From a virus (Duplodnaviria; Caudoviricetes): a stretch of 64,000 nt of DNA. The position numbers and the translations under genes were made by a program. Below, in pieces: positions 11,756-22,907 of this stretch (position 1 is its first letter; every line of letters starts with the position of its first letter). The notes under the pieces were generated by a model. The model was not told where the DNA came from, ran no database searches, and was given only the letters and a program-made list of their open reading frames with translations. The DNA lies in the IMG/VR virus record IMGVR_UViG_3300021399_003927, positions 1 to 64,000 of that record, one strand, 5' to 3'.

Positions 11756-11785
11756 AAAGAGCGAGAACTACTTCTCGCTCTTTAT
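11756..11785. terminator. Bidirectional terminator between convergent transcription units
   Basis: AAAAGAGCGAGAA-ctac-TTCTCGCTCTTTT. Confidence 0.85.
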
Positions 11786-11962
11786 TTTCTTTAAAATCTT
11801 CAAAGCATTTTTATTCCGCTTTTTTATGCACCCTTAATTATTGGCCTAGCAATTTCTTGCCTTTTCTTACTTTTCTTGCCGTGTTTCTTCTCATACCATT
11901 TGAAGGTCTTATACATGACCTCAATGGCTGTAACTGTTGCGCTTGCCACAGTGACAAGTGTA

Positions 11963-12627
11963 TTAACTTTTTTTAGTAATCCCATATTTTTCCTTATTTA
12001 ATTTGTTATGTAATTTATATACGTTATTAACTGCCTCCATGAAATCATTCCAGCCTTGCAGTTCTTGGTCATTAATCTTTATGCCCAAGACAATCTTTTT
12101 GGAAACAATGTCCTTTGAATTCAGTCTTGTGGTCAAGACATTAAACGTAACGTGATGGTATGGTACACTGATGTAAGTGTATTCAATCCTACCATTCTCA
12201 CGCTTCGCTGTGAATCCAAAGAACTTGTTCCTCTCAAGAACTTTCCTTACTGCATCGAAATGTATTAATCCTTTACTCATTTAGGCATTTTTTCTAATAA
12301 TATAGTCATTGCATACTGACTCGTTTGGCTTATGTCAACGTCTCCATTAGGCTTCTTAACCTCTAAGGGCTTTAGCAAGGCTCTGATGGAGTCAAACAAT
12401 GAGGATGGATAGCCTTTAAGCATCATCTTACAAATGACGTTATCCTCAACGATAGGAGCTTCTTCTAGGTGTTCTTGTGGCATACCGTCAGCCGCAATTT
12501 CAAGTAGTTTCTTCCTAGTCTCTGTTGTGAGGCTTATCTTAGCAAGTTCATTTCTAAGATTTTTCAGCATTTCATCCTTTTTGGATGGTGGACCTCCTGC
12601 TCTTACTTTTGTTTCGATGTCGGTCAT
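11963..12627 (-). other. Two hypothetical genes (11963-12280, 12277-12627)
   Basis: Overlapping stop/start, translationally coupled. Confidence 0.65.
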
Positions 12628-13175
12628 TTGATGAATGGAGTTAATGCGGTTTTAACGATGTTACCATTTACATTAGGATACTTGTCCTTAACCTTTGGCA
12701 TAATCTGACCCATGTCTCTCATGGAAACAGCATAGTCAGAAGGTTTCTCAGCCAAGAACTCCTTAATGATTTCCTTAGTGTAGTCCACAATCTCTTCCTC
12801 TGTAGGCTGTTTTGGCGTGAACTCATTGATAACGTCAAGTTCTGCCTTTTCGTGGTCATACAAATCATTTCTACCTACTTTCTTATAGGCATCCATTGAT
12901 TCCTCATGCTTTGACTTGAGACGTAGCATAACTTTGACCTCACCATCTTTTGAAAGTTTGTACTCCCTATTGTCGTTCTCTCTGATAAGTTCGGCCTTAA
13001 TAATCTTAAGAGCTTCAAGTCTTTCCTTAAGGCTAGCCTCTTCAAAAAGCTCCTCTGGTATTTTATCCTCGTTCTTAATCTTTGAGTATGGCACTAATTT
13101 TGCGCAAGTGTCGTTTACTGCAAGGTCAATGCTTCTAAGTATTGACTCATTGTATGTCTCTGTATTTGTATTCAT
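12624..13175 (-). CDS. YqeY/GatB-C domain protein
   Basis: ESMDAYKKVGRNDL..HEKAELDVINEF.PKQ.TEEEI and MRDMGQIM signatures. Confidence 0.85.
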   Translation of the reverse strand: MNTNTETYNESILRSIDLAVNDTCAKLVPYSKIKNEDKIPEELFEEASLKERLEALKIIKAELIRENDNREYKLSKDGEVKVMLRLKSKHEESMDAYKKVGRNDLYDHEKAELDVINEFTPKQPTEEEIVDYTKEIIKEFLAEKPSDYAVSMRDMGQIMPKVKDKYPNVNGNIVKTALTPFIK

Positions 13176-13608
13176 TTTCTATTTTATGTTTTAAAAATAA
13201 TTTTACAAGTCTATCATCATTATATTTTCCAGCTTTGTAAATAGAATTTACTAAATTTTGTTTGAATTTATCTTTTCTGACTTCTTTTACGAATTTGATT
13301 TCATCGAAATGTTCCAACAAATAGAATTTCCATAATTGACAATTAATTTTATGTTCATTATGTTCATCATTGTTGGCCTCCATTGATTCAACCAACTCAT
13401 CTTTTGGTATAACAAAAAAATATAAGAATAATAATATATTTTCAAAAAACCATTTGTTGTTCAAGTCCTCATTGAACTTCAAGTAGTTATAAAGCGTAAA
13501 TGATATGTCGCACTTGTATAACAGCTTTTCTTTCTTTAAAAACCCAACAAACAATTTTAGAATCCATTGGTTTTCTGCTACACATTCATTTTTAGTTAGG
13601 GAAAACAT
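13147..13608 (-). CDS. Hypothetical protein (F..FLK...L motif family)
   Basis: ORF in operon context. Confidence 0.6.
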   Translation of the reverse strand: MFSLTKNECVAENQWILKLFVGFLKKEKLLYKCDISFTLYNYLKFNEDLNNKWFFENILLFLYFFVIPKDELVESMEANNDEHNEHKINCQLWKFYLLEHFDEIKFVKEVRKDKFKQNLVNSIYKAGKYNDDRLVKLFLKHKIENEYKYRDIQ

Positions 13609-14422
13609 CTTTAAACGGTTTTAAGTTTCCTTGTGGATTGTGTGTACCATTGGTTGAAGAAACGTCAATTATAGCAAAATGAATCACCTTAAATGCACCC
13701 TTATACCTCTTTGATTCAAGAACATCGTGGAACAGCTTTGCCATCTGTTCTGGAGGTGTGCAATATGCCCCACAACCGAATGCACTCAGCACAAGAGAGT
13801 CATGTCCATTCTCCAATGCAATGTCAAATATCTGTCTGATTTTATTCTTGATGGTATCAACAGCCCAAGGAACAATCTTGCCATTGTCAAGAGGCGGTTT
13901 TTTGACCGCAGGAACGCTTACAACGCTCACGGTGAATACATTGTCCAACCTCTTATAATTAACGTCCTCACCACCTCTAAAAACGGTCACAGAGGGTGTG
14001 TAGATGCCTCCAAAGTTATACTCCAAAGGATAACGCTCTTCTCTCTGCTTCACGCCATAGTTCAAACCTATTGGATGGAACTGATAGAGCGATTTGAAGA
14101 GGTCTGTCCTACGGAATAGGTTTTCCTCTTGTGCTCTAGAGCCACGAGTAACACCACCACCAGGAGTTGAGAACGAAGCCATATTCAACACACAAGGGTT
14201 CAATCCCATTTGGATGAACTTCTCAGCCTCATACAAGCAGTCGTTATTGACCACTTTTATCTCCGTTTCATATCGTGGGATGTTGTCGTAATCAACTAGT
14301 GCTTTTTTGCCATAGAACTTAGTTCCCTCTACCATAGCGGTTTCAGTTGTGAATGGGTTGCGCCTCACGATGTCTACAGTCTCCTCGTATATTTTTATTC
14401 TCTCTTCTTTATTCATGTTCAA
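13592..14422 (-). CDS. TIGR02452/DUF2263-type macrodomain, bacterial PARG-like ADP-ribose hydrolase
   Basis: VLNMAS..TPGGGV..GSRAQEENLFRRT and LVLSAFGCGAY motifs. Confidence 0.9.
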   Translation of the reverse strand: MNMNKEERIKIYEETVDIVRRNPFTTETAMVEGTKFYGKKALVDYDNIPRYETEIKVVNNDCLYEAEKFIQMGLNPCVLNMASFSTPGGGVTRGSRAQEENLFRRTDLFKSLYQFHPIGLNYGVKQREERYPLEYNFGGIYTPSVTVFRGGEDVNYKRLDNVFTVSVVSVPAVKKPPLDNGKIVPWAVDTIKNKIRQIFDIALENGHDSLVLSAFGCGAYCTPPEQMAKLFHDVLESKRYKGAFKVIHFAIIDVSSTNGTHNPQGNLKPFKDVFPN

Positions 14423-14670
14423 GTCTGAATTTATAGTCTAGAATCATTGATTCATTTTTAGTTATCTGCTGACGGTATTCGGCAGCTTTTTCTTTTGCTT
14501 TGCTTTTCCCAATTCGTTCTAACAGAGCAATGTTAGCCTTTTCCAATTGGTTGATTGCTTCAAGTAATACACTTTTTTTTGCCATATTCTTTAAATTAAA
14601 GTCATTTTTGCAAATATATGAAAAAAATTCGTAATACCCAAAATTTTTGATAGATATTACGAACTTTTAA

Positions 14671-15777
14671 CTAAAAATTTTCAAGTTGTTTGTTCAGCAA
14701 ATCAAATTTGCTGCTAATTCCAACTAGTTCTTCATTTATGTTTGGCAGTTGATGTTCTATGACGTCTTTCATATTTACCACAGCAGACAAAAGCGTTTGG
14801 TTTTCCTTAAACAACTGTGTGTTGTCTTCCAACAGCTTTTTGACATCTATTTGTTCATATCTTCTTTGCCCATCTTTGTGTGAAGAATTCCAAGCTTTGA
14901 CATTATCCAACTCTTGTTTTAGGATATATCCTATTTCAAGCAAAAGTTGTCTGTCATTCCTTGTAGACGTTGCGCTAAGCCGTGCCAAATTTTCTATGCA
15001 CTTGTTCAAATCTTCTTCATTTATCATATTGACTAGATTTATACACTCCACTTTTAATTAGCCTTTCCCTTTCCAATATGAAATAACTCATCTGTTCAGA
15101 GGTTATGCCGCTAATCCACTCCATACAATAGTGTTTATACCGATTTGGTATTCTGTCGGTAAAACGCCATATAAGATATTCCTCCAAATATTTTCCCATA
15201 GTTAATCCCAATACTCATCATCGTAAGCACCATGTGAGCCGTAACCATTATAGCCACTACCATAGCCATTGTTATAGCCTCCGTTATAGGAATATGTGTT
15301 CTTTGATATTACGAAATCCTTAAGAAGCTCTTTGTGTTCTTCACACATGGGTTTAATTACATCACCATTATATTCTAGTTTTGGTATAATAATTTTATGT
15401 ACAACTTCTCCTGTTTCAACATCTACTAGTGCCAAGAGGTCTTGATTCCACGTATATCCGTATTCTAAGAGTTTTTCAATGGCAACTTGTTTTTCGGCCT
15501 CAGTACATATTTTCCAAAAATAGTCTTCTTCGTAAGTGTCTAAAGTTTTTTCACAAGGTTTGCCATTCTTTGCAACTTCTAGCACTGGACGAGAACTCCA
15601 ACCAACACCGTTTTCGTTTTCACAGTATTTGCTAGGGTCATAAAATGCCGCAACTGAAAGCTTCTTTGTATACTGATAGGATGGCATCAAATCAACTCCT
15701 TCAAATATGGCAAATGAGTTTGGCTTATTCTCATATTTAAGGAAATCACCCTTTTCAAATTTTCTTTTAATCTCCAT
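14671..15777 (-). other. Three hypothetical genes (14671-15051 coiled coil, 15017-15211, 15202-15777)
   Basis: Overlapping minus-strand ORFs. Confidence 0.6.
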
Positions 15778-16393
15778 CTTTGTATAAGTTGTTTTTATTT
15801 ATAATTTCTAACACTTTTTCGTTCACATATGGGATAGGATTCATGTGTCTACCTATCATGTTTCTTACCATCGTTGACGAGGCATCCATGCGTTGAGTCT
15901 TGATGCTCCAAAACTCCTTGTCAGTAAGACTATCCCTAGAGGAAAGATGCTTTTTAAACGGAATTTTATTGCTGTCCATTTCAGTTCCGTCATTCCTTTT
16001 CACTTCAATGTATGACAGCTTGTTCCTTATATGCGAATCAAAGTTTTTCCACTGAGGAATCCTTTCTATCGTGTCAGTTCCACCTATAAGGTATAGTTCA
16101 TCGTTGGGATATGCCTCACGAATTTTTTCTATAACCTTATAAGAGTACGTAGGAGGCTCAATGTCTTTCTCCAAGTCGCATACCTCACACCTACCATTAA
16201 AACCGCTTACAGAGGCTTTTATCATGGCACAGCGCAATTCCATAGGTGCTGGTTCATGACTCTTCCAAGGGTTGTGTTTTGCCACAACGAATAACACCTT
16301 GTCGCACAATCCACTGTTCAGCACACATGCGGCAATGTTTACATGACCAATATGTATTGGGTCAAATGAACCAAGGAGCAATCCTACTTTCAT
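15767..16393 (-). CDS. nadD: Nicotinate/nicotinamide mononucleotide adenylyltransferase
   Basis: GSFDPIHIGH (HIGH motif), HNPWK, LIGGTD, SSTMVR. Confidence 0.92.
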   Translation of the reverse strand: MKVGLLLGSFDPIHIGHVNIAACVLNSGLCDKVLFVVAKHNPWKSHEPAPMELRCAMIKASVSGFNGRCEVCDLEKDIEPPTYSYKVIEKIREAYPNDELYLIGGTDTIERIPQWKNFDSHIRNKLSYIEVKRNDGTEMDSNKIPFKKHLSSRDSLTDKEFWSIKTQRMDASSTMVRNMIGRHMNPIPYVNEKVLEIINKNNLYKDGD

Positions 16394-18243
16394 AATGTTT
16401 TTTTGTTTTAATGTTATAAAATTCTTCTCCCACTGTACTGCCAAGACTGAAAATCAAAAGCAAAGGCCACGCCATAACCCCAAGTTTAACTAACTCATCT
16501 TCGTATTTGTAGATATAATTAGATACTTCTATTGAAACCACGTCTTCGTCATTGTATTTACTAATCCATTGCCTTATGCTTTTCTTCATCAATATTCCAA
16601 CAAGGAAATATACTCCAAAAAATATAAAAAGTGGAACACCATAGACCAACATAATATATAATACTGTTTTCATTTTTTGCAAATGTATGGAAAAAAAATT
16701 AAATAGCCAAAATATTTTTATTTTTTTAACCAAAAAATTCTTTTTGGTCTTCTACCCACACTGAATGGACTAAATTTGTTTGCTTTTTATCCAAAGGTAA
16801 CTTTAGAGATTCGTTGACATAGGAGTTGATTATGTCCAAGACTTCCTTATCACTGTTATACGGCCCAATCCAAACATGTTCTGACCATTCACAGTGATGA
16901 ACGTATAATTCCCCATTTTTGGCTTTTCTAGAAACGAAAGCAGTTCTTTCAATGGGTCTGCGATACCAAGGAAGCTTTTTTATTTTTTCCTCTAACGATT
17001 CACTCTTAACTGATTTGTGCTTTTTCGCAACAAAAGATGCTATGTCATTCATAATTTTAACAATAATGGCTAGCTTTTCAACATTGCTAGCCATTTTTAT
17101 TGTGTTTAGTCGTTAGTCTTTTTCTACTAGCTTTAACAAATTCTCAGCGTATTCCTCAAGAATCAACGGATAATACATCATGTAGAACTCACGGATTTCT
17201 TCGATTGTATAATCCTTTTTCATCTGTCTGAAAATGCACTTTGCTTCCAAAATGATAACCTTTTGAACGTGCATGTCAGGAACTTTGCCATCACACCAAT
17301 CTTCTGCCATTTTATTGAAGATACTTACATATCCCAAGAACTCGGCAAAGATAATGAACAAAGGAGCATCTACGATGATAATTGCGTTTTCACCGTTTGA
17401 ATGCTTCGTCTTAATTTCGACTTTTGTTTCTGTTTTTGTTTCTGTACTCATATGAAAAAATGTTATTTAGTTACCAACTGTCAATGTCTGTTATGTCTTT
17501 CTTCTTTCCACAATACGGACATATTATTTCAATGGCAGTACCAATTCCTAACGGTGTCAGCACATATTTAAATGGTGCATATTGAGGAATGATGTCATTA
17601 TTTTTATTAGGCCTGCATCTTTTATGCCATTTTTTGAAAGATTCAGCTTTTTTTTCTTCGACCTCATTTAACTCAAATTTTATCATAGATAATAACACTC
17701 TGGATACAAGGATTCTGTTTCAATCCTATTATTTTCCTTGACCTCATTTACGTTATTGGCCACAATTGTGGATGCTGTGAAAAACACATCAGTTTGATTT
17801 TGATTCATTTGATACTATTGTTTAGATACACTTATTTTAAAATTTCGTTTACATTTTGGTAATATCTGCTTATACTCTTGTCCATAAGTATTGTGTGTAG
17901 TTACGTAGCTTTGCGCGTATGGAGTATAAGTTTGTTCGTCATACGACCAATTGTTCTGTTTGGGTGCATAGCTATTTTTTGGTGGAGCAGTTCTACTATG
18001 GTGTTTAGTTTCGTAACCATAACTATAATCCGTGTACTCTGGAAAAAACCATGACACTTCATCAGGGTCTATTCCATTTCTCCTCAGAAATTCCCTATCA
18101 TCTTCATCAAAGAATGAAAATAATCCCCAAATTAAAATGATTATAGGAAAAAAGATGTAAACGTAACTAGAATATACAATCATATGAAATATACCAATGA
18201 TTGCAGTAAACATCATTATTCCTCTGAAACTATTATATAGCAT
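16362..18243 (-). other. Hypothetical genes including two membrane proteins (16362-16673, 17815-18243), a CPYC protein (17471-17686) and a 41-aa ORF (17683-17808)
   Basis: Hydrophobic segments; coupled ORFs; small ORF translated manually. Confidence 0.6.
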
Positions 18244-18310
18244 ATTTTATCTTTTTGTGCAAAAATACGACTTTTTTTTCAATTATCGAAACTTTACACA
18301 TTAAAAAAGG

Positions 18311-18568
18311 TTAAAATTTTTTCTTTTTAACAAGAAACCTAGCAAAAACACTCGTGTTATACATGGTTCTTTCCTTCTGTTCAGCGTCACCGATTCTTCT
18401 GTATGTGGCTTTGTCTCCTTCTTTTGTGAGGATTAACAAATCCCTACGTTCCAAAGTAATGATTGGTGGAACATGGTACACGGTGTTAGGAAGGATTTCA
18501 GACCAAGGAACTACGCTTTTAAGTTTTTGAAGCTGCGGTTTTAATTCTTGAAGTGAATGTTTAGCCAT
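18311..18568 (-). CDS. Small protein homologous to the C-terminal domain of 18574..19416
   Basis: WSEILPNTVYHVPPIITLERR vs WDDIKEGDVYVIPKILTQARK. Confidence 0.65.
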   Translation of the reverse strand: MAKHSLQELKPQLQKLKSVVPWSEILPNTVYHVPPIITLERRDLLILTKEGDKATYRRIGDAEQKERTMYNTSVFARFLVKKKKF

Positions 18569-18573
18569 GATAT

Positions 18574-19416
18574 TTAGTATTTATGTATGTTAGTAATAAA
18601 AACCATTTCAATGTCACTAGGATAGACGGAAGTGCAGCATTTTGACTCTTCGCCAAACTCGTTTATTTCTGAGCACCTTAACATGGTATCTGTTTTCATA
18701 ACAATCCTAACCACTTTCCTAGCTTGAGTCAGTATCTTAGGTATCACATATACATCACCTTCCTTAATGTCATCCCAAGAAAGATGTGGTGGCATTTTCT
18801 TAAGCCTCTCCTTTTTTTCGTAGTAAGTTAAGGGCTTTGTTTGTGTTGTTTGTGTTGGGTTATAGTTGTACTCATCATCATCATAATCATCGTCTTCATT
18901 AGATGGATGGTTATTAACTTGAGTTGTGGTAGGAGTCAAACGTTTTGTTATTTCATTTTCATCTACCATAGTAGAATCACTAGCAACTGGTTTAAGCACT
19001 TGTTTACTAATCCCATTCTTTTTAGGACACCAATCTGGAGTATCAATCTGTAGCATCTGTCCAGTCTTGTATTTAATAACTCTCGGTCTAGTGTAGTCAC
19101 CATAATCAATAGTTACTCTACCACAACAAGCGTTAAACACAAGTCTACCATCACCTATAAAGTTTTTAATTAGGTCTTGACATTTATTGCATGTTTCTTT
19201 TGGTGTTATCATTTTTTTATCTTCTTTAAAATCTTTGTATTCACAATCCTCACATTGGTATCCTGTAAAACACTTTACAAGCTGTCCACATTGACTAGAC
19301 ATCGGTTTTGACTTCGGCTGTATGTCATCAATATCTACGTCAAAAATACAAGTGGTGCATTGGTCACATGTCTTACCGTGACAAGGGTGTTCTTGGTTCT
19401 CAATTACATAAGCCAT
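18574..19416 (-). CDS. Cys-rich (Zn-binding?) hypothetical protein
   Basis: Multiple CxxC motifs, acidic linker, C-terminal domain shared with the neighbour. Confidence 0.65.
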   Translation of the reverse strand: MAYVIENQEHPCHGKTCDQCTTCIFDVDIDDIQPKSKPMSSQCGQLVKCFTGYQCEDCEYKDFKEDKKMITPKETCNKCQDLIKNFIGDGRLVFNACCGRVTIDYGDYTRPRVIKYKTGQMLQIDTPDWCPKKNGISKQVLKPVASDSTMVDENEITKRLTPTTTQVNNHPSNEDDDYDDDEYNYNPTQTTQTKPLTYYEKKERLKKMPPHLSWDDIKEGDVYVIPKILTQARKVVRIVMKTDTMLRCSEINEFGEESKCCTSVYPSDIEMVFITNIHKY

Positions 19417-19428
19417 ATTTATTTTAAA

Positions 19429-20193
19429 TTAGAATGGACTGTTATAATCATCTTCATCGTCATAATACAAAGGGTTAGGAATAGTATACATTTCTTCAAA
19501 TGTAGGAGCACTTATCCATTCACGGTTTTCTACTCTTTCAACCTTTGGTGGCTCAAACATTAGCTTCTTTCTTTTAAGGAACTCAAAGAACTTCTTGTTT
19601 CTTCCCAATTCCTCTGGTCTGAATCCTCTACCCTCATCAGATGTTAAGAACTCCATCTGTGCTTGCATCATTTTTTTTGCATCCTCAGGTAAATCCTCCT
19701 CGGTAGTGTCAACGAACCCATCGCCAAACAGTTGTTCGCAAGTTATGTCAAATGCCTCTTTTCCCATCTTACCCAACAATGAGAAATCTAGAACACAACC
19801 TTCCACACAATAATGCAACAAATTGTTTATGTGCTGCAAGACACACATTTGAAGCTTTTTGGAGTCTTCTAAAGGTATGGTAATACCATTGTTATGGTCA
19901 ACCACCTCTAACATTTTGTTAAGCAGTTCCTTAAGGCTCTTTGTGCAGTTAAATGGGTTTGATTCCCTTTTAAGGAAAGAATATGTCATTCTTCCACTTA
20001 TATCAGATTCTTCATCTACTGACGGAAGATTTGCAAAAAACGGATAGAATGCTGAATAACGTATAGTTAAGTTACCATGTCCGTTACCCACGTTGGAACG
20101 GAATATATGATATACCTTATTTCTTTTCAACGTTCTAGTTAAGTTCTTATATATCATCAATACTAGGTCTGATTCGTTTACACTCTTTTTCAT
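19429..20193 (-). CDS. Hypothetical protein
   Basis: 254-aa ORF under the promoter at 20196. Confidence 0.65.
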   Translation of the reverse strand: MKKSVNESDLVLMIYKNLTRTLKRNKVYHIFRSNVGNGHGNLTIRYSAFYPFFANLPSVDEESDISGRMTYSFLKRESNPFNCTKSLKELLNKMLEVVDHNNGITIPLEDSKKLQMCVLQHINNLLHYCVEGCVLDFSLLGKMGKEAFDITCEQLFGDGFVDTTEEDLPEDAKKMMQAQMEFLTSDEGRGFRPEELGRNKKFFEFLKRKKLMFEPPKVERVENREWISAPTFEEMYTIPNPLYYDDEDDYNSPF

Positions 20194-20238
20194 AATGCAA
20201 ATATATAGGTTTTTTAGTTAATTTCAAAATATATGGTG

Positions 20239-20424
20239 TTAATTAATCTTAAATACTTCCATATTATCATAGTTTTTACACTGTGGACAATATAAGTATG
20301 GACGCATATTGTTCTGTGGAAGCGTTACCATCAACGTCTTCCAAGGTACAAACATGTGCCCACACTTCTTACATTGTAAGACATATTTCTGTTCTATTTT
20401 ATCGAAATCTTCTATCGTCATCAT
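20239..20424 (-). CDS. Zn-ribbon protein
   Basis: CKKC...CPQC. Confidence 0.6.
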   Translation of the reverse strand: MMTIEDFDKIEQKYVLQCKKCGHMFVPWKTLMVTLPQNNMRPYLYCPQCKNYDNMEVFKIN

Positions 20425-21101
20425 ATTTCAAAATATTGTGGTTTAAATACCATTTTATAGTCTTCATCCAATAATGAGACATTATATACTTTGGTGTTTC
20501 CAAACATTTCTTCCTCTCGATTTGAGGTGTGTAAATGTCCGTGTAGATTCATTAGAGGCTGTGCCTTTTCTATGAACGTTGCAAGAGATTTATTTCCTAT
20601 GTGCGAACCATCTGCCCACCAACAATCTTTCTGTAGAATGATGTCACTAACGCCATATGGAGCATCGTGAGAGAGTATAATATCTATCTTACCAATAGCT
20701 TTTAGATGCCTTTCATACTTTTCGTCTTGTTCCTCATAAGACGGCATAAAAGCCCACCTTCCAAATGGCTTACATAAAGGAGTGCCATATATCACTTTGC
20801 CTTGATACTCAAATATTTCGCAATCAAGATACGTTATCTTGTCTTGACCTTGAAGAAGAAGCCTAACTCTATCTGGATGTCTTTCAAACCAATGGTCATG
20901 ATTTCCAGCCACAAATACTACCTTTTCACAAGGCAGACTGTTACACCAAGGAATGAATACAGTTTGAAACCATTTCTCACAAGGAGTAGAATAACTTTGT
21001 ATATTCAATGGAACAATATCTCCAGCAATCAATACAATGTCGCATGGTTCAACTTTAAAATCTAAATTGCCATGCATGTCTGAGAATGCACATATTTTCA
21101 T
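20421..21101 (-). CDS. Calcineurin-like metallophosphoesterase (intact active site)
   Basis: SDMHG, AGD, GNHD, SHDAP, HGHLH. Confidence 0.92.
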   Translation of the reverse strand: MKICAFSDMHGNLDFKVEPCDIVLIAGDIVPLNIQSYSTPCEKWFQTVFIPWCNSLPCEKVVFVAGNHDHWFERHPDRVRLLLQGQDKITYLDCEIFEYQGKVIYGTPLCKPFGRWAFMPSYEEQDEKYERHLKAIGKIDIILSHDAPYGVSDIILQKDCWWADGSHIGNKSLATFIEKAQPLMNLHGHLHTSNREEEMFGNTKVYNVSLLDEDYKMVFKPQYFEI

Positions 21102-21188
21102 AACTTCAATATTAACTTTTGGCAAAGATATATAAAATAATTGTAAAAACCAAATAAAATAAGGAGTAATCATAGTTATGACCACTCC

Positions 21189-22379
21189 TTACTTCTTAAT
21201 TTCCCTAATAAACACCTTATCATTACTGTCAATGTCTATGATAATATTTGAAGGTATCTCTAAGTTTACGTCACAATCTACGAAGAGGATGAACGGATTC
21301 CATGCTCTGCTTGTAAGGTAAAGCCAACGTCTTCCATCATTTAAGGCAATACACCTAACCTTAAAACAACCAAACATATAGAGCAGTGTGATTAATACCC
21401 TAGTCAACCAATCACATTCGCTCATGTAGACAAGTTTTATGGTTGTGAATATGTTCTTTATTTTTAATCCTCCCATAGCTTCATTCTGTGTTCCTCAAAT
21501 AGTGAGATTAGGTCTCCCAAGAGTATGAATCTCTCAAGAGTCTTTTGTCTCGCCTCTGGATTACTTTGCTGTCTTGCTTGCTCGTGGAAGCACTGCTCAT
21601 GCTGCACGTTAAGAGCCTTGATAATTTCATCAACTTGCTCCTTTGCAAGATTTACCTTAATTTCTTTTACCTCCATAATAAACAATATTTTTAAAAAATG
21701 GCAACAAGCATGATTACAATGAATCCCACAAGGACAGCAGTACCAATGGACAACTCACTTGGGTCATAGTCTTGAGCAGAGTTGTCAAAGTTTCCAGCAG
21801 TATGACAAACATCATTGTTCTCATCACACAACTTGAAATAGCTTCCAATTGGATGATTCTCATGCTCCTTATTGGAGTTGTCAGTGAGATACTTAGCCAT
21901 TGCGTCAATCTCAGCCTCATTCTCCTTATAGTTCTTATACTTTGAAGAGGTCAGCGTGGCCAATACATGATAGAAATTGAACATGTTGTTGGTCTTTTCA
22001 GCCTTTTCAACAATCTTCTCCTCATTCTTGAGGGAATACGCAATGATTGCCACAATCAAGGCAATCACTCCAATAATAATGTACGGTGTCATGTGTTTGT
22101 TACCTTTTTAATCTTAGCGATTGAGTTGTTATACTTTGTTGTTACAATTTTTGTTGCAAGTGCTGCGGCATCTTCTGGATTAAGGAACACTGCATATCCC
22201 CATCCAATATCGATGTTTCCGTGCTCGTTAAGGTGCAATGCGGAAGCGTCCTTATCAACCTTTCCGTTAAAGAAGGGTTTGCTTTTTACTGTTTCTTTGC
22301 TGATGCTACCGCTCTTTGATACGACATACACGGTGAATTCTTCTTCCCCTTCAACGTCTTTAAAAGTCAGTTTTGCCAT
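21189..22379 (-). other. Four small hypothetical genes (21189-21476, 21464-21685, 21691-22092 with two TM helices, 22089-22379)
   Basis: Coupled ORFs. Confidence 0.6.
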
Positions 22380-22572
22380 ACTTATTTGTTTTTACAATAA
22401 TCGCACATGTCTTCAAAATGATGAAAGCCGACAGTTTGTACCTGTACTGACAGCAACTTCTTTACTACTTGCTCGGTCTAACATTTAACCTCTACGTCCT
22501 TCATCGTTGCAAATATACGAAAAAAAATTGGAATAACAAAATGAAATTCCAATTTTTAACTATTTTTTATGT

Positions 22573-22734
22573 TTATTTAATAATCTCTTGACTAAATAGT
22601 TTCTGTTTCCTAAACACTCTCTTACTGTTCTTATTTCTACTACCAAAGTTCTCTGTCAGTGCATGACAATTAGGACATAATAGCTGTAAGTTATCCTCAG
22701 AGTTGTTAAAAGATAAAAATGTCAATAGAACCAT
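22573..22734 (-). pseudogene. C-terminal remnant of an HNH endonuclease
   Basis: Manual translation ...NNSEDNLQLLCPNCHALTENFGSRN...; the N-terminal CxxC/HH half is missing. Confidence 0.75.
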
Positions 22735-22750
22735 AAAAAAAATATATTAG

Positions 22751-22833
22751 AGACGAGGGTGGGATTCGAACCCACGTGCTTTTCAGCCAAAGCTTTTGCA
22801 GAGCTAGGTAATTGACCACTCTACCACCTCGTC
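22751..22833 (-). tRNA. tRNA-Cys(GCA) with a long variable arm; CCA not encoded
   Basis: GACGAGG/CCTCGTC acceptor, CT-GCA-AA loop, GCT-GAAA-AGC variable hairpin, GTGGG-TTCGAAT-CCCAC, U73. Confidence 0.85.
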
Positions 22834-22907
22834 AAGTAAAGCCTAGTCTATTTTCACAAACCAACTAGGCATTAGATAAATATAAAAATTAAAATAGAAA
22901 TAAAATT

